Position numbers and translations under genes: made by a program | NCBI GenBank assembly: GCA_017642585.1 | Contig: JAGCOR010000017.1 | Span: forward strand, 17,937 to 81,936 | From: Alphaproteobacteria bacterium | GTDB taxonomy: Bacteria; Pseudomonadota; Alphaproteobacteria; Rs-D84 | DNA: 64,000 nucleotides | Direction of reading: 5' to 3' | The notes under the pieces: generated by a model | Told to the model about the DNA's origin: nothing | Seen by the model: the letters and a program-made list of their open reading frames with translations, nothing else | Database searches by the model: none | In this document: positions 38,165 to 45,753 of the stretch, piece by piece | How the letters are laid out: each line of letters opens with the position of its first letter | How positions within the stretch are numbered: position 1 is the first letter of the stretch

Positions 38165-38932
38165 ATGAGTAATGACCAAGAACAAGATTTAGATTTATTA
38201 GATTTAAATGACGAAGAAGACGTTGATTCTTTGCCAGAAGCAACACCGTTTTCTGTGCCACGTCCAAAAAGACCATGGTTGTTATTGGGATTGGGTGTCG
38301 CGATAATCGTATTGTCTACATGGATTATAATTGCACGCGTGGTCAGCGGTTCTGGTTCAACTGTCAGTGTTGATTTAGATGCACCAGTAACAGCTGAAGT
38401 TCAAAAACCGGCACCAGTTGAAGATTTAAAAGTTCCACCGAAACCTGTGGTTCCACCGAAACCAATTGAAAAACCAAAGGCTGCGCCAGCGCCAGCTCCG
38501 GCACCTGCGCCAAAACCAGAAGAGGTGAAACCTGTGGAATCAGATGGTAACCCGATTCGTGTGGTCCAGGACAGAAAGGATGTAACATTTAATCCAGATA
38601 AACCTGCACCAAAACCTGCGGCGAAACCACAGGCACAAAAACCAGCGCCAGCTCCGGCACCTGCGAAGAAACCTGCGGCAACCGCAACGAATGGCAGTAT
38701 TTATGTCCAATTTGGTTCTTACAGCACACGTGCGTTGGCACAAGATGCAGAAAAGAAAATCCGTGCGTCACACCAGGGATTATTTGCAGGAAAACAATTT
38801 GTTATTTTGGCTGCCCAGGTTAATGGCAAAACCACATACAGATTGCGTATAGCATTTAATTCTGGGGCTGATGCAAATGGATTCTGCAGAAATGCAAAAT
38901 CTGATGGTTTGGATTGTTATGTAACAAAATAA
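38165..38932 (+). CDS. SPOR-domain cell-division/peptidoglycan-binding protein
   Basis: Acidic N-terminus, one TM, a P/A/K-rich linker (PAPAPAPAPKP), and a C-terminal SPOR-like domain (YVQFGSYSTRALAQDAEKKI...YRLRIAF). GGGAGG RBS. Confidence 0.8.
   Translation: MSNDQEQDLDLLDLNDEEDVDSLPEATPFSVPRPKRPWLLLGLGVAIIVLSTWIIIARVVSGSGSTVSVDLDAPVTAEVQKPAPVEDLKVPPKPVVPPKPIEKPKAAPAPAPAPAPKPEEVKPVESDGNPIRVVQDRKDVTFNPDKPAPKPAAKPQAQKPAPAPAPAKKPAATATNGSIYVQFGSYSTRALAQDAEKKIRASHQGLFAGKQFVILAAQVNGKTTYRLRIAFNSGADANGFCRNAKSDGLDCYVTK
38486..38665 (+). repeat. Exact 24-bp direct repeat in the P/A-rich linker of the SPOR protein
   Basis: CCAGCGCCAGCTCCGGCACCTGCG occurs at 38486..38509 and at 38642..38665. Both copies encode PAPAPAPA. 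Confidence 0.85.
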
Positions 38933-38948
38933 ACAAAAGGATTAAATT

Positions 38949-39146
38949 ATGAGATGGGGTTTTTGGGAAATAATTCTGATTGTTTTTTTGGTTGTGTTGT
39001 TATTCGGCAGTGCCAAGATACCAGGCATGTTAAGAAATCTTGCCGAAGGCGTTAAAGTTTTCAAAAAAGAAATGGAAACTAAAAAAGAAGCACCTAAACA
39101 CGACACAAAGAAAAAGGCTGTAAAAAAGCCTGTTAAGAAAAAATAA
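38949..39146 (+). CDS. tatA: Twin-arginine translocase subunit TatA/E
   Basis: 65 aa. WEIILIVFLVVLLFGSAKIPGMLRNLAEGVKVFKKE is a TM plus amphipathic helix with the FG hinge. Confidence 0.85.
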   Translation: MRWGFWEIILIVFLVVLLFGSAKIPGMLRNLAEGVKVFKKEMETKKEAPKHDTKKKAVKKPVKKK

Positions 39147-39174
39147 AAATAGTGGTTAATAACTTGTTTTTATG

Positions 39175-39206
39175 CGGTTGGGATTTTATATCTCAACCGT
39201 TTTTTT
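39175..39206 (+). terminator. Rho-independent terminator after tatA
   Basis: CGGTTGGG-attttatat-CTCAACCG (one G-U pair) followed by TTTTTTT. Confidence 0.6.
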
Positions 39207-39254
39207 GTCTTTTTTTGATTGGGGTTTTGTGGTAAAATTGAAAGAATGAGAGAG

Positions 39255-42200
39255 ATGATGAAAAAAGTATTGTTTTTTGCTTTTTTATCGGTTTGTTTGT
39301 CGTGCGATTTTGCATTTGCTGCAAGGTGTGTTCCTACAACAACTTCGAATGGGTCTCAAAATGAATATTTATTCCCAAACCAAGACTCTAAAAATAGGAG
39401 AAAGAATGTAATGATTTGTGGTGGCAGATCTGATGAGTCTTGTCCGTCAAATGCCTATGTCGGAATTATACATACTATAGATGAAAGTCATTATCGGGGT
39501 GATGAAAAAATAACAGTAGCTGCTGTGTATAGATGTGATACCGATGGTGGACGCAGTTGGGAATTTGCAGGGTATGATGAATTTAAAAGGGACAACCCGA
39601 ATAGTATAATTACATCATGTGCGGGGTTTGATGGATATAAATGTAATTATGCTTTGAACAATGATGTAAACAAGGTTGTTTGTTGTCTGAACAGTTTGAT
39701 ATGTGCCAACCCAAAAATGGCAGATCGAATGATATGGGTTGGTTGTGGTGTGGAGCAGAATGGATGCATACAATCTAATAAATATTGGTATAATGGAAAA
39801 TGTAATGATAATCCACAATCTGCACAATCGACTTCTCAATCTGCACCGCAACAGCAAGCACCGCAACAAACTTCTTCAAATTCTGGTCAAACCATGAGAA
39901 ATGTTTCTGTTGTTCCAGGAAGCGCATGCGGAATTGCCCAGATATCCAGCAATCCTGTGGAAAACACTAAACACGCCAAAAATCTGCATACACCAGGGCG
40001 TTATTTAATTTGCATGAACCCAAACAATTTATATCGTCCAGCGGCAGGATCCAGCAGTCGCTATGTTTATGATCAATTTAATTGTTCAGATAATACGTTG
40101 TTATATGATGATTCTGAAAACAAAATTATAAAATGTTTATATTCTACTGGTGGATGGGCAGAAGGAAATCATGGTAATTTACCAACATGTGCACAAGATG
40201 GCCAAGGAAAAACCCAAGCTGGAACAATCAGCATATCTGGTGGTGAAATTGTTATATATGGTGACAAGATAACTTTTTCTTCTGGAAATGTTAATTCACA
40301 TACGTGGAAAAATATATGCAAAGTACAACGTTCTGCTGCACCAGAAACAAAAAATTATTCTGGGGTTATAAAAGATAAAGATACAGGCGAACCGTTGCAA
40401 TCCGTTAACATATCGATACCAGGTACAACCAGTGGGTGTACAACAGATGCAGAAGGAAAATTTGGAAATGGTGATAATTATTGCAGATTGACATCAGATA
40501 CTGTGACGATTTCATATGTTGGGTATGAAACAATCACTGGTAAAAAACTGGCATTGACAGGTAATGACATTAAAATGAAACAAGTTGCTACCCAATTAAA
40601 TGCGACTGATGTTGTTGCTGTAGATAATAAGACAATTTGCACTAACAATAATGGAACATGGGATGAACAAAACAATACATGCAGATGTCCAAGTAATAAA
40701 CCCAGATGGGAAGGAACTGGGGCTAACCCTGGCTGTTTATCAACTTGTACATATTTAGGCAGACATCCAAACCAAGCTTCACCAGAACGTTTGGCATGTT
40801 GCAGGGCGGGCAGTGCGACAAAATGGGAAGGCAATGATACCCAGGGTAATTGTATTTGTATTGATGCCAGCAGACATGTTGATGCGTCTAAACAATGGGA
40901 CGGCACGACTTGTGCTGTGGTAAATAATCCACCAACACCAGAAGAACAATGTACTGCGTTGGGAGATTTTGTCAGATGGGATGCCACGACATCACAATGT
41001 GTTTGCACGGATGAAACAAAAAGATTAGATGGTACACAATGTATTCCTGCAAACAGCGGTGGACCTGAATTAACACCAGAACAAGAATGTACCGCATTGG
41101 GAGAAATTGTCAGATGGGATGCCACGACATCACAATGTGTTTGCGTTGATGAAACAAAAGTATTAAATAATGGTCAATGTGTTGACAAAGATGCACCTGC
41201 AACCCCAGTAACCCCAGAAAAAACACCAGAAGAAATTTGTAACGAATTAGGTGCTGATGTCGCGTTGTGGGAAGGTGGCGTATGTAAATGCAAAGATCCA
41301 AAGAAAGAATATCAAAATGGTCAATGTGTTGATAAACCAGAACCTGTCAGAACACCACAAGATGCGTGTAATGATTTGGGTGAAATAGCTGTTTGGCAAA
41401 ATAATCAATGTGTATGCGTAGATGAAGTGAGTGATTTTGTATATGATGAAGCAACCAAAACAGGTAAATGTGTTGAAAACGAAAAAAAGAAAAAAGCCAA
41501 GGCGTTAAAAGATAAAACAGATGCGTATAAAAATGCAAAAGACAAAGAACAATCTTTAGCGAACAGAACTTTGACCGCTGCAACCACTGCCGCAACCGGA
41601 TTGGGAATGATGGAATTAATGATGGGCAAAGCGGAACAGAAAGCGGATGCAGATGCCGAACAAGATATGGCGGCATACATGGCAACAATGCGTTGCACAT
41701 ATGCGGGCGGTAAATCTGTAAAGGCCGGCCCCGAAGAAATAGAATTACCTGGTGGAAACGATGGTAAATTGATGTCATACCGCAGTGAATATATAGCATT
41801 GGCAAAAAGTTTGAAAGAACGCAAAACAGCCATGGATATGTTACCAGGTATAGAAAGTGAAGAGATATTAGATAAAGCAGAAATGGGATTATACGATGAT
41901 GAAAACAAAGGTATAGAAAGTGGTACATATGCATCATTGTATAGAGCGAAACAGGGCAGTGAAGAAGACCAAAAGAAGATAGATGCTGACAAAGAAAAAT
42001 CTGCTAAACGAGTTAAATATGGTGCGACTGCGTTGGCGGCGGGTGCTGCGGTTGGTGTTGTTGGTAACAGTTTAATAAATGGTAAATTGGGTGAAAAACT
42101 GAAAGCAGCGAAAGAAGCCAAAAAAGAAAAGAAAAGCAAAAGCCCGAATGTAAAAGAAGATAATCGTCCTGTTATCAAACACGCACCAAATCCAGAAAAT

Positions 42201-43046
42201 ATGAAATCAGAAGCACCTGTTATAACAGATAGCGGTTCATCAGATTCTGGACAGGATAATGGTGTTGCAAATGTTGTTGGTGTTTTAATTGGAACAACAG
42301 GTAGTGGTGGGGCAAGTGCTACAACTCCGTCTGGTGGCAATGTTGGTGGTACAAGTCCAACAGTAGAAAGTCAAAGAATAAGTTACGATGAACCTGATGT
42401 AGATGGAACAAAATGGAGTGAATCTCAATATTTACAATGTTTTGCACATTTCTTCCCGAATGATAGATATTCTTCTAACTTAAGATCTTATTGGGCTAAA
42501 TCACATAACAATCAATATTGCAGTGGCTATACTGGTGGTAAATATATATATGATTTCAAGAAAAACCCAAATCCATGTCCACAACAAAAATTTAGATCTT
42601 TGAATGCTGGTGAATGGGAAATTCAAATAAGAAACGGTAATAAATCTGTCAAGGGTATAGCTGTTTGCAATAATACTGCTGGTGGTCAGGAGGATGAATT
42701 GCGCGATAATGTTGATGCACACACGGACAGCGGTAAACATTGTTGGTGCAAGATAACCCAGACAGATTTGAATGATTGTTTGGTTACCCAGAAATTCTCA
42801 TGGGAATACAGGGGAGAGTTTGGACTTGTGGATGCAGAAGACGTGGAATGGTTTAATGACAACAAGACAAGTTCATATGTAGATCTATATCCTGCAGGAT
42901 ATTATCAAGAAGGGCAAAATAGTTGTTTGTGGGAATGTGCTGATGCATGTGCATACCATTTGTTAGATTATGGTCGTCATCGTCAAAGACAAATGCATGG
43001 TGTGCCACAGATAGTAGATTTTGTTAAAAAGTATAATAATATGTAA
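39255..43046 (+). CDS. Giant cysteine-rich mosaic exported protein of unknown function
   Basis: Uninterrupted ORF. The signal peptide is MMKKVLFFAFLSVCLSCDFAFA, and the start is uncertain among 39219 TTG, 39246, 39255 and 39258. Segments in order: an N-terminal Cys-rich domain, a Q/S linker, a CarboxypepD_reg-like segment (40355..40585), EGF-like Cys repeats including 138-bp tandem units (40938..41480), K-rich segments, a Gly/Ala hydrophobic module (41560..42130), and a Cys-rich C-terminal domain. Confidence 0.85.
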   Translation: MMKKVLFFAFLSVCLSCDFAFAARCVPTTTSNGSQNEYLFPNQDSKNRRKNVMICGGRSDESCPSNAYVGIIHTIDESHYRGDEKITVAAVYRCDTDGGRSWEFAGYDEFKRDNPNSIITSCAGFDGYKCNYALNNDVNKVVCCLNSLICANPKMADRMIWVGCGVEQNGCIQSNKYWYNGKCNDNPQSAQSTSQSAPQQQAPQQTSSNSGQTMRNVSVVPGSACGIAQISSNPVENTKHAKNLHTPGRYLICMNPNNLYRPAAGSSSRYVYDQFNCSDNTLLYDDSENKIIKCLYSTGGWAEGNHGNLPTCAQDGQGKTQAGTISISGGEIVIYGDKITFSSGNVNSHTWKNICKVQRSAAPETKNYSGVIKDKDTGEPLQSVNISIPGTTSGCTTDAEGKFGNGDNYCRLTSDTVTISYVGYETITGKKLALTGNDIKMKQVATQLNATDVVAVDNKTICTNNNGTWDEQNNTCRCPSNKPRWEGTGANPGCLSTCTYLGRHPNQASPERLACCRAGSATKWEGNDTQGNCICIDASRHVDASKQWDGTTCAVVNNPPTPEEQCTALGDFVRWDATTSQCVCTDETKRLDGTQCIPANSGGPELTPEQECTALGEIVRWDATTSQCVCVDETKVLNNGQCVDKDAPATPVTPEKTPEEICNELGADVALWEGGVCKCKDPKKEYQNGQCVDKPEPVRTPQDACNDLGEIAVWQNNQCVCVDEVSDFVYDEATKTGKCVENEKKKKAKALKDKTDAYKNAKDKEQSLANRTLTAATTAATGLGMMELMMGKAEQKADADAEQDMAAYMATMRCTYAGGKSVKAGPEEIELPGGNDGKLMSYRSEYIALAKSLKERKTAMDMLPGIESEEILDKAEMGLYDDENKGIESGTYASLYRAKQGSEEDQKKIDADKEKSAKRVKYGATALAAGAAVGVVGNSLINGKLGEKLKAAKEAKKEKKSKSPNVKEDNRPVIKHAPNPENMKSEAPVITDSGSSDSGQDNGVANVVGVLIGTTGSGGASATTPSGGNVGGTSPTVESQRISYDEPDVDGTKWSESQYLQCFAHFFPNDRYSSNLRSYWAKSHNNQYCSGYTGGKYIYDFKKNPNPCPQQKFRSLNAGEWEIQIRNGNKSVKGIAVCNNTAGGQEDELRDNVDAHTDSGKHCWCKITQTDLNDCLVTQKFSWEYRGEFGLVDAEDVEWFNDNKTSSYVDLYPAGYYQEGQNSCLWECADACAYHLLDYGRHRQRQMHGVPQIVDFVKKYNNM
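40938..41480 (+). repeat. In-frame tandem repeats (138 bp = 46 aa) inside the giant gene
   Basis: Units 40938..41075 and 41076..41213 are highly similar and share the exact 36-mer GTCAGATGGGATGCCACGACATCACAATGTGTTTGC (40971..41006 and 41109..41144). Two more diverged units follow, up to about 41480. The protein motif is C-x3-G-x4-W-x5/7-C-x-C-x-D-x9/13-C. Confidence 0.9.
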
Positions 43047-43056
43047 ATTTAGATAT

Positions 43057-43090
43057 AAAAAAACACCGCCAGATTTGGCGGTGTTTTTTT
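43057..43090. terminator. Bidirectional rho-independent terminator, CCGCC/GGCGG family
   Basis: AAAAAAAC-ACCGCC-agattt-GGCGGT-GTTTTTTT. It sits between the convergent giant gene and dksA. Confidence 0.8.
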
Positions 43091-43098
43091 ACAAAAAT

Positions 43099-43530
43099 TT
43101 ATTTGCGTTTTTGTTCGTATTCTTCTTGCTCTTCGATAGTCATTGTTGCCAATGGACGTGCCAACATTCTCTGCAAACCGATTTCATCACCGGATAAAAT
43201 GCTGTATCCATATGTGCCATTTTCAATGCGTTCAATCGCAGCGTTTATTTTCTGTAACAATTTAGAATTACGTTCAGATATACGCAGATTTAATGTGATT
43301 TCTTGTTCGGCAGATGCCTGGTCCTGTTCGTCGCCAACGCCGGCGATTTCATTTTTTTCAGCCATTCTTACATCACTTAACACAGAATCATGATCGCTTA
43401 ATAATTCTTCGCGTTGTGTGTTTAATAATTGATAAAAATACGCCAAATGTTCAGGACACATATAAGGTTCTGTCTTTTTTGGTGTGTATTTTGGTGGTAA
43501 TTCTATATTTTTAAAATTCTTTTTTGCCAT
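43099..43530 (-). CDS. dksA: RNA polymerase-binding factor DksA, Cys4-less variant
   Basis: Coiled-coil tip GDEQDQASAEQE and C-terminal GTYGYSILSGDEIGLQRMLARPLATMTIEEQE. This is the DksA pattern with all four zinc cysteines replaced. Confidence 0.8.
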   Translation of the reverse strand: MAKKNFKNIELPPKYTPKKTEPYMCPEHLAYFYQLLNTQREELLSDHDSVLSDVRMAEKNEIAGVGDEQDQASAEQEITLNLRISERNSKLLQKINAAIERIENGTYGYSILSGDEIGLQRMLARPLATMTIEEQEEYEQKRK

Positions 43531-43531
43531 T

Positions 43532-43852
43532 TTACGATGCCTTTAATTCTTTGACCCATTGTGTAAGGGTTTCTTCGTCCATTAAACCTGTGCGAGCTTC
43601 TTTTAATTCGCCATCTTTGAAAGCCAATACGCTTGGAATGCTGCGGATGCCGAATTTCGCCGCTGTTCTTCTGTTTGATTCATCTATTTCAAATTTCACA
43701 AAATTTACATCTGGTTCGTCTTCTGATACTGTTTCAAAAATAGGTCCAAACATTTGACATGGTCCACACCATGCAGCCCAAAAATCTACCAATGTTAATC
43801 CAGAGGATACCAACGATTCAAACGTTTCGTCATTAGCATGTTTTAAAGCCAT
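43532..43852 (-). CDS. trxA: Thioredoxin
   Basis: Active site WAAWCGPCQM. AAGGAG lies 7 nt upstream of the ATG at 43852; the track ORF starts earlier, at 43882. Confidence 0.92.
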   Translation of the reverse strand: MALKHANDETFESLVSSGLTLVDFWAAWCGPCQMFGPIFETVSEDEPDVNFVKFEIDESNRRTAAKFGIRSIPSVLAFKDGELKEARTGLMDEETLTQWVKELKAS

Positions 43853-43870
43853 TTTTTTCTCCTTATGTTG

Positions 43871-43898
43871 TTGATATTTCATTTGAGTTTATTATAAT
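43871..43898 (+). promoter_or_regulatory. Sigma70-type promoter upstream of sufS
   Basis: TTGATA, a 16-nt spacer, then TATAAT. It lies 27 nt upstream of the sufS ATG, in the divergent trxA/sufS intergenic region. Confidence 0.4.
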
Positions 43899-43925
43899 CA
43901 TAGCAAAAAGCAAGAGAAAAACGAT

Positions 43926-45041
43926 ATGAAAAAATTCATTTACATGGATGCTGCGGCCAGTTGGTTGAAGCCACAACCTGTAATAGAAACAGAAGTTGAT
44001 TTTTTAACAAATTTATATGCTAATGCTGGCCGTGGAATCTGTGCCAGGGCATCTAATGTTGATAACATGATTGCCAATGTCAGACAAGATATCGCAAATT
44101 TTATTGGTGCAAAGCCAGAAAATATTGTTTTTACATCTGGGGCGACAGATGGGTTGAATCGTATTGTTAATATATTGGTGAACCAAGATTGGTATTCCAA
44201 TAAATCGACATTTGCTGTGTCTGATCTGGATCATCACAGTGCCAGATTGCCATGGCAAGAATTATTGTGTCGTGGAAAAATCGGCAAAGAAATTGTCTGC
44301 GAATTGGATGAAGATTTAAATATAAAAATTGATTCTGTGCCGAAAACTGATTTTTTGATTATTACGGCTATGTCCAATGTGTTGGGGGTGCCCCAGGATA
44401 TAGAAAAAATAATCAAAGTTGCAAAAAGCAAAAATCCAAATGTTATTACAATTGTTGATGCATCCCAATATGTTGTGCATGAAAAGATAAATGTAAAAAA
44501 ATGGGGTTGCGATTTTATGGTCTTTTCAGGACACAAAATAGGTGCCAACACAGGTGTTGGTGTTATGTATATTCGTGAACCAAATAAATATTATCCTGAT
44601 AAATTTGGCGGTGGTATGGTTTCCAAGGTCAAAGATGATTCAAATTTGATTTTGAATAAAGCACCTGAAAAATTTGAAGCGGGGACTTTGCCTTTGACAC
44701 AAATAATCGGGTTGGGGGTAGCAATTAAATCTGTGGGGAATTGGAATTGCACAGATTTAATACATTATATGTATGATGAATTGGTCAAAATACCAAATAT
44801 CAAAATGTTAACTAAACGTGATGCATGTATGATAAGTTTTGTCCCAGACAATATGCATGTTTTAGATATGGGGGCTTTGTTGGGGGCAAAAAATATTTGT
44901 GTTCGCGTTGGTAACATGTGTGCCAGTTGGATACATAAAAAATTAAAAATTGATGGTTCTGTCAGAATATCTGTGGGGCCATGGAATACAATGGACGAAG
45001 CAAAACATGTGATTGAAACGATTCGCGGGGTGTTAAAATAA
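43926..45041 (+). CDS. sufS: Cysteine desulfurase (SufS/CsdA-like class V aminotransferase)
   Basis: 371 aa. PLP-lysine motif FSGHKIGANTGVGVMY and an N-terminal YMDAAASW. It is shorter than typical SufS. Confidence 0.8.
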   Translation: MKKFIYMDAAASWLKPQPVIETEVDFLTNLYANAGRGICARASNVDNMIANVRQDIANFIGAKPENIVFTSGATDGLNRIVNILVNQDWYSNKSTFAVSDLDHHSARLPWQELLCRGKIGKEIVCELDEDLNIKIDSVPKTDFLIITAMSNVLGVPQDIEKIIKVAKSKNPNVITIVDASQYVVHEKINVKKWGCDFMVFSGHKIGANTGVGVMYIREPNKYYPDKFGGGMVSKVKDDSNLILNKAPEKFEAGTLPLTQIIGLGVAIKSVGNWNCTDLIHYMYDELVKIPNIKMLTKRDACMISFVPDNMHVLDMGALLGAKNICVRVGNMCASWIHKKLKIDGSVRISVGPWNTMDEAKHVIETIRGVLK

Positions 45042-45355
45042 TGGCTGAGATTCGTGATCAGATTATAGAAGAAATCAAAAAAATATATGACCCAGAAATA
45101 CCTGTGAATATTTGGGATTTGGGTTTGATTTATGATATAAATGTGGGTGATAAAAATATAACCATAGAAATGACATTTACCAGTCCCACTTGTCCCATGA
45201 TGGAAGATATTTTGAATCAGGTCAGAGAAAATGTTGAATCTGTTGCATACGGTAGAAATGTTGATGTTAAATTGGTTTGGGATCCTGCGTGGGATGTGTC
45301 AAAAATGTCTGAACAGGCGCGTATAGAATTAGATTTGACCGAACAAGGTTGGTAA
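45041..45355 (+). CDS. DUF59 / SufT-like Fe-S assembly protein
   Basis: 104 aa. IYDPEIPVNIWDLGLIY...TFTSPTCPM is characteristic of the MIP18/DUF59 family. Confidence 0.8.
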   Translation: MAEIRDQIIEEIKKIYDPEIPVNIWDLGLIYDINVGDKNITIEMTFTSPTCPMMEDILNQVRENVESVAYGRNVDVKLVWDPAWDVSKMSEQARIELDLTEQGW

Positions 45356-45358
45356 AAG

Positions 45359-45721
45359 ATGACATATACGGAAATAAAAAATCTTTTGAATTTAATTGAA
45401 GATCCTGTCGAAAAATTGGAAATGGTTATGGATTTGGGTAAAACTTTAAAACCAATTCCTGAAAATGCTGAATGCAGTGAAATTACAGGCTGTGCATCCT
45501 TTGTGCAAATATGTCGGGTTAATAATAATTTTTATGGTATGGCAGATTCTTTGATGGTGCGCGGAATTGTTGCAATTATGTTATCTATGGTTGATGGAAA
45601 AACAGTGAATGAAATAAAAAAATTAGATTTAAGGGGCGAATTTAACAGTTTAAATCTTAATTTTGGCGCATCCAGATTAAATGGTATTCAATCTATGATT
45701 AGTTTTTTTGAAAATTTGTGA
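45359..45721 (+). CDS. sufE: SufE-like sulfur acceptor protein
   Basis: 120 aa. Conserved ITGCASFVQI persulfide cysteine region and a C-terminal SRLNGIQSMI. Confidence 0.75.
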   Translation: MTYTEIKNLLNLIEDPVEKLEMVMDLGKTLKPIPENAECSEITGCASFVQICRVNNNFYGMADSLMVRGIVAIMLSMVDGKTVNEIKKLDLRGEFNSLNLNFGASRLNGIQSMISFFENL

Positions 45722-45753
45722 TAAAATAGTAAGAACAAAGGGAAGGAAAAAAT

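Noticed and set aside
40938-41213. The regularly spaced 36-bp exact repeat (period 138 bp) as a possible CRISPR-like array.
   Set aside because: There are only two exact copies. The repeats are in frame within a long ORF, the sequences between the copies are themselves homologous, and no cas genes are present. This is a coding tandem repeat.
40478-42340. Long antisense ORFs inside the giant gene: 40478..41125 (215 aa), 41347..41937 (196 aa) and 41405..42340 (311 aa).
   Set aside because: They lie opposite a much longer ORF that has a coherent signal peptide, domains and in-frame repeats. Their translations are low-complexity (P/S/A/L/F-rich), as expected from reading K/E/A/G-rich codons backwards. 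No RBS or promoter context supports them.
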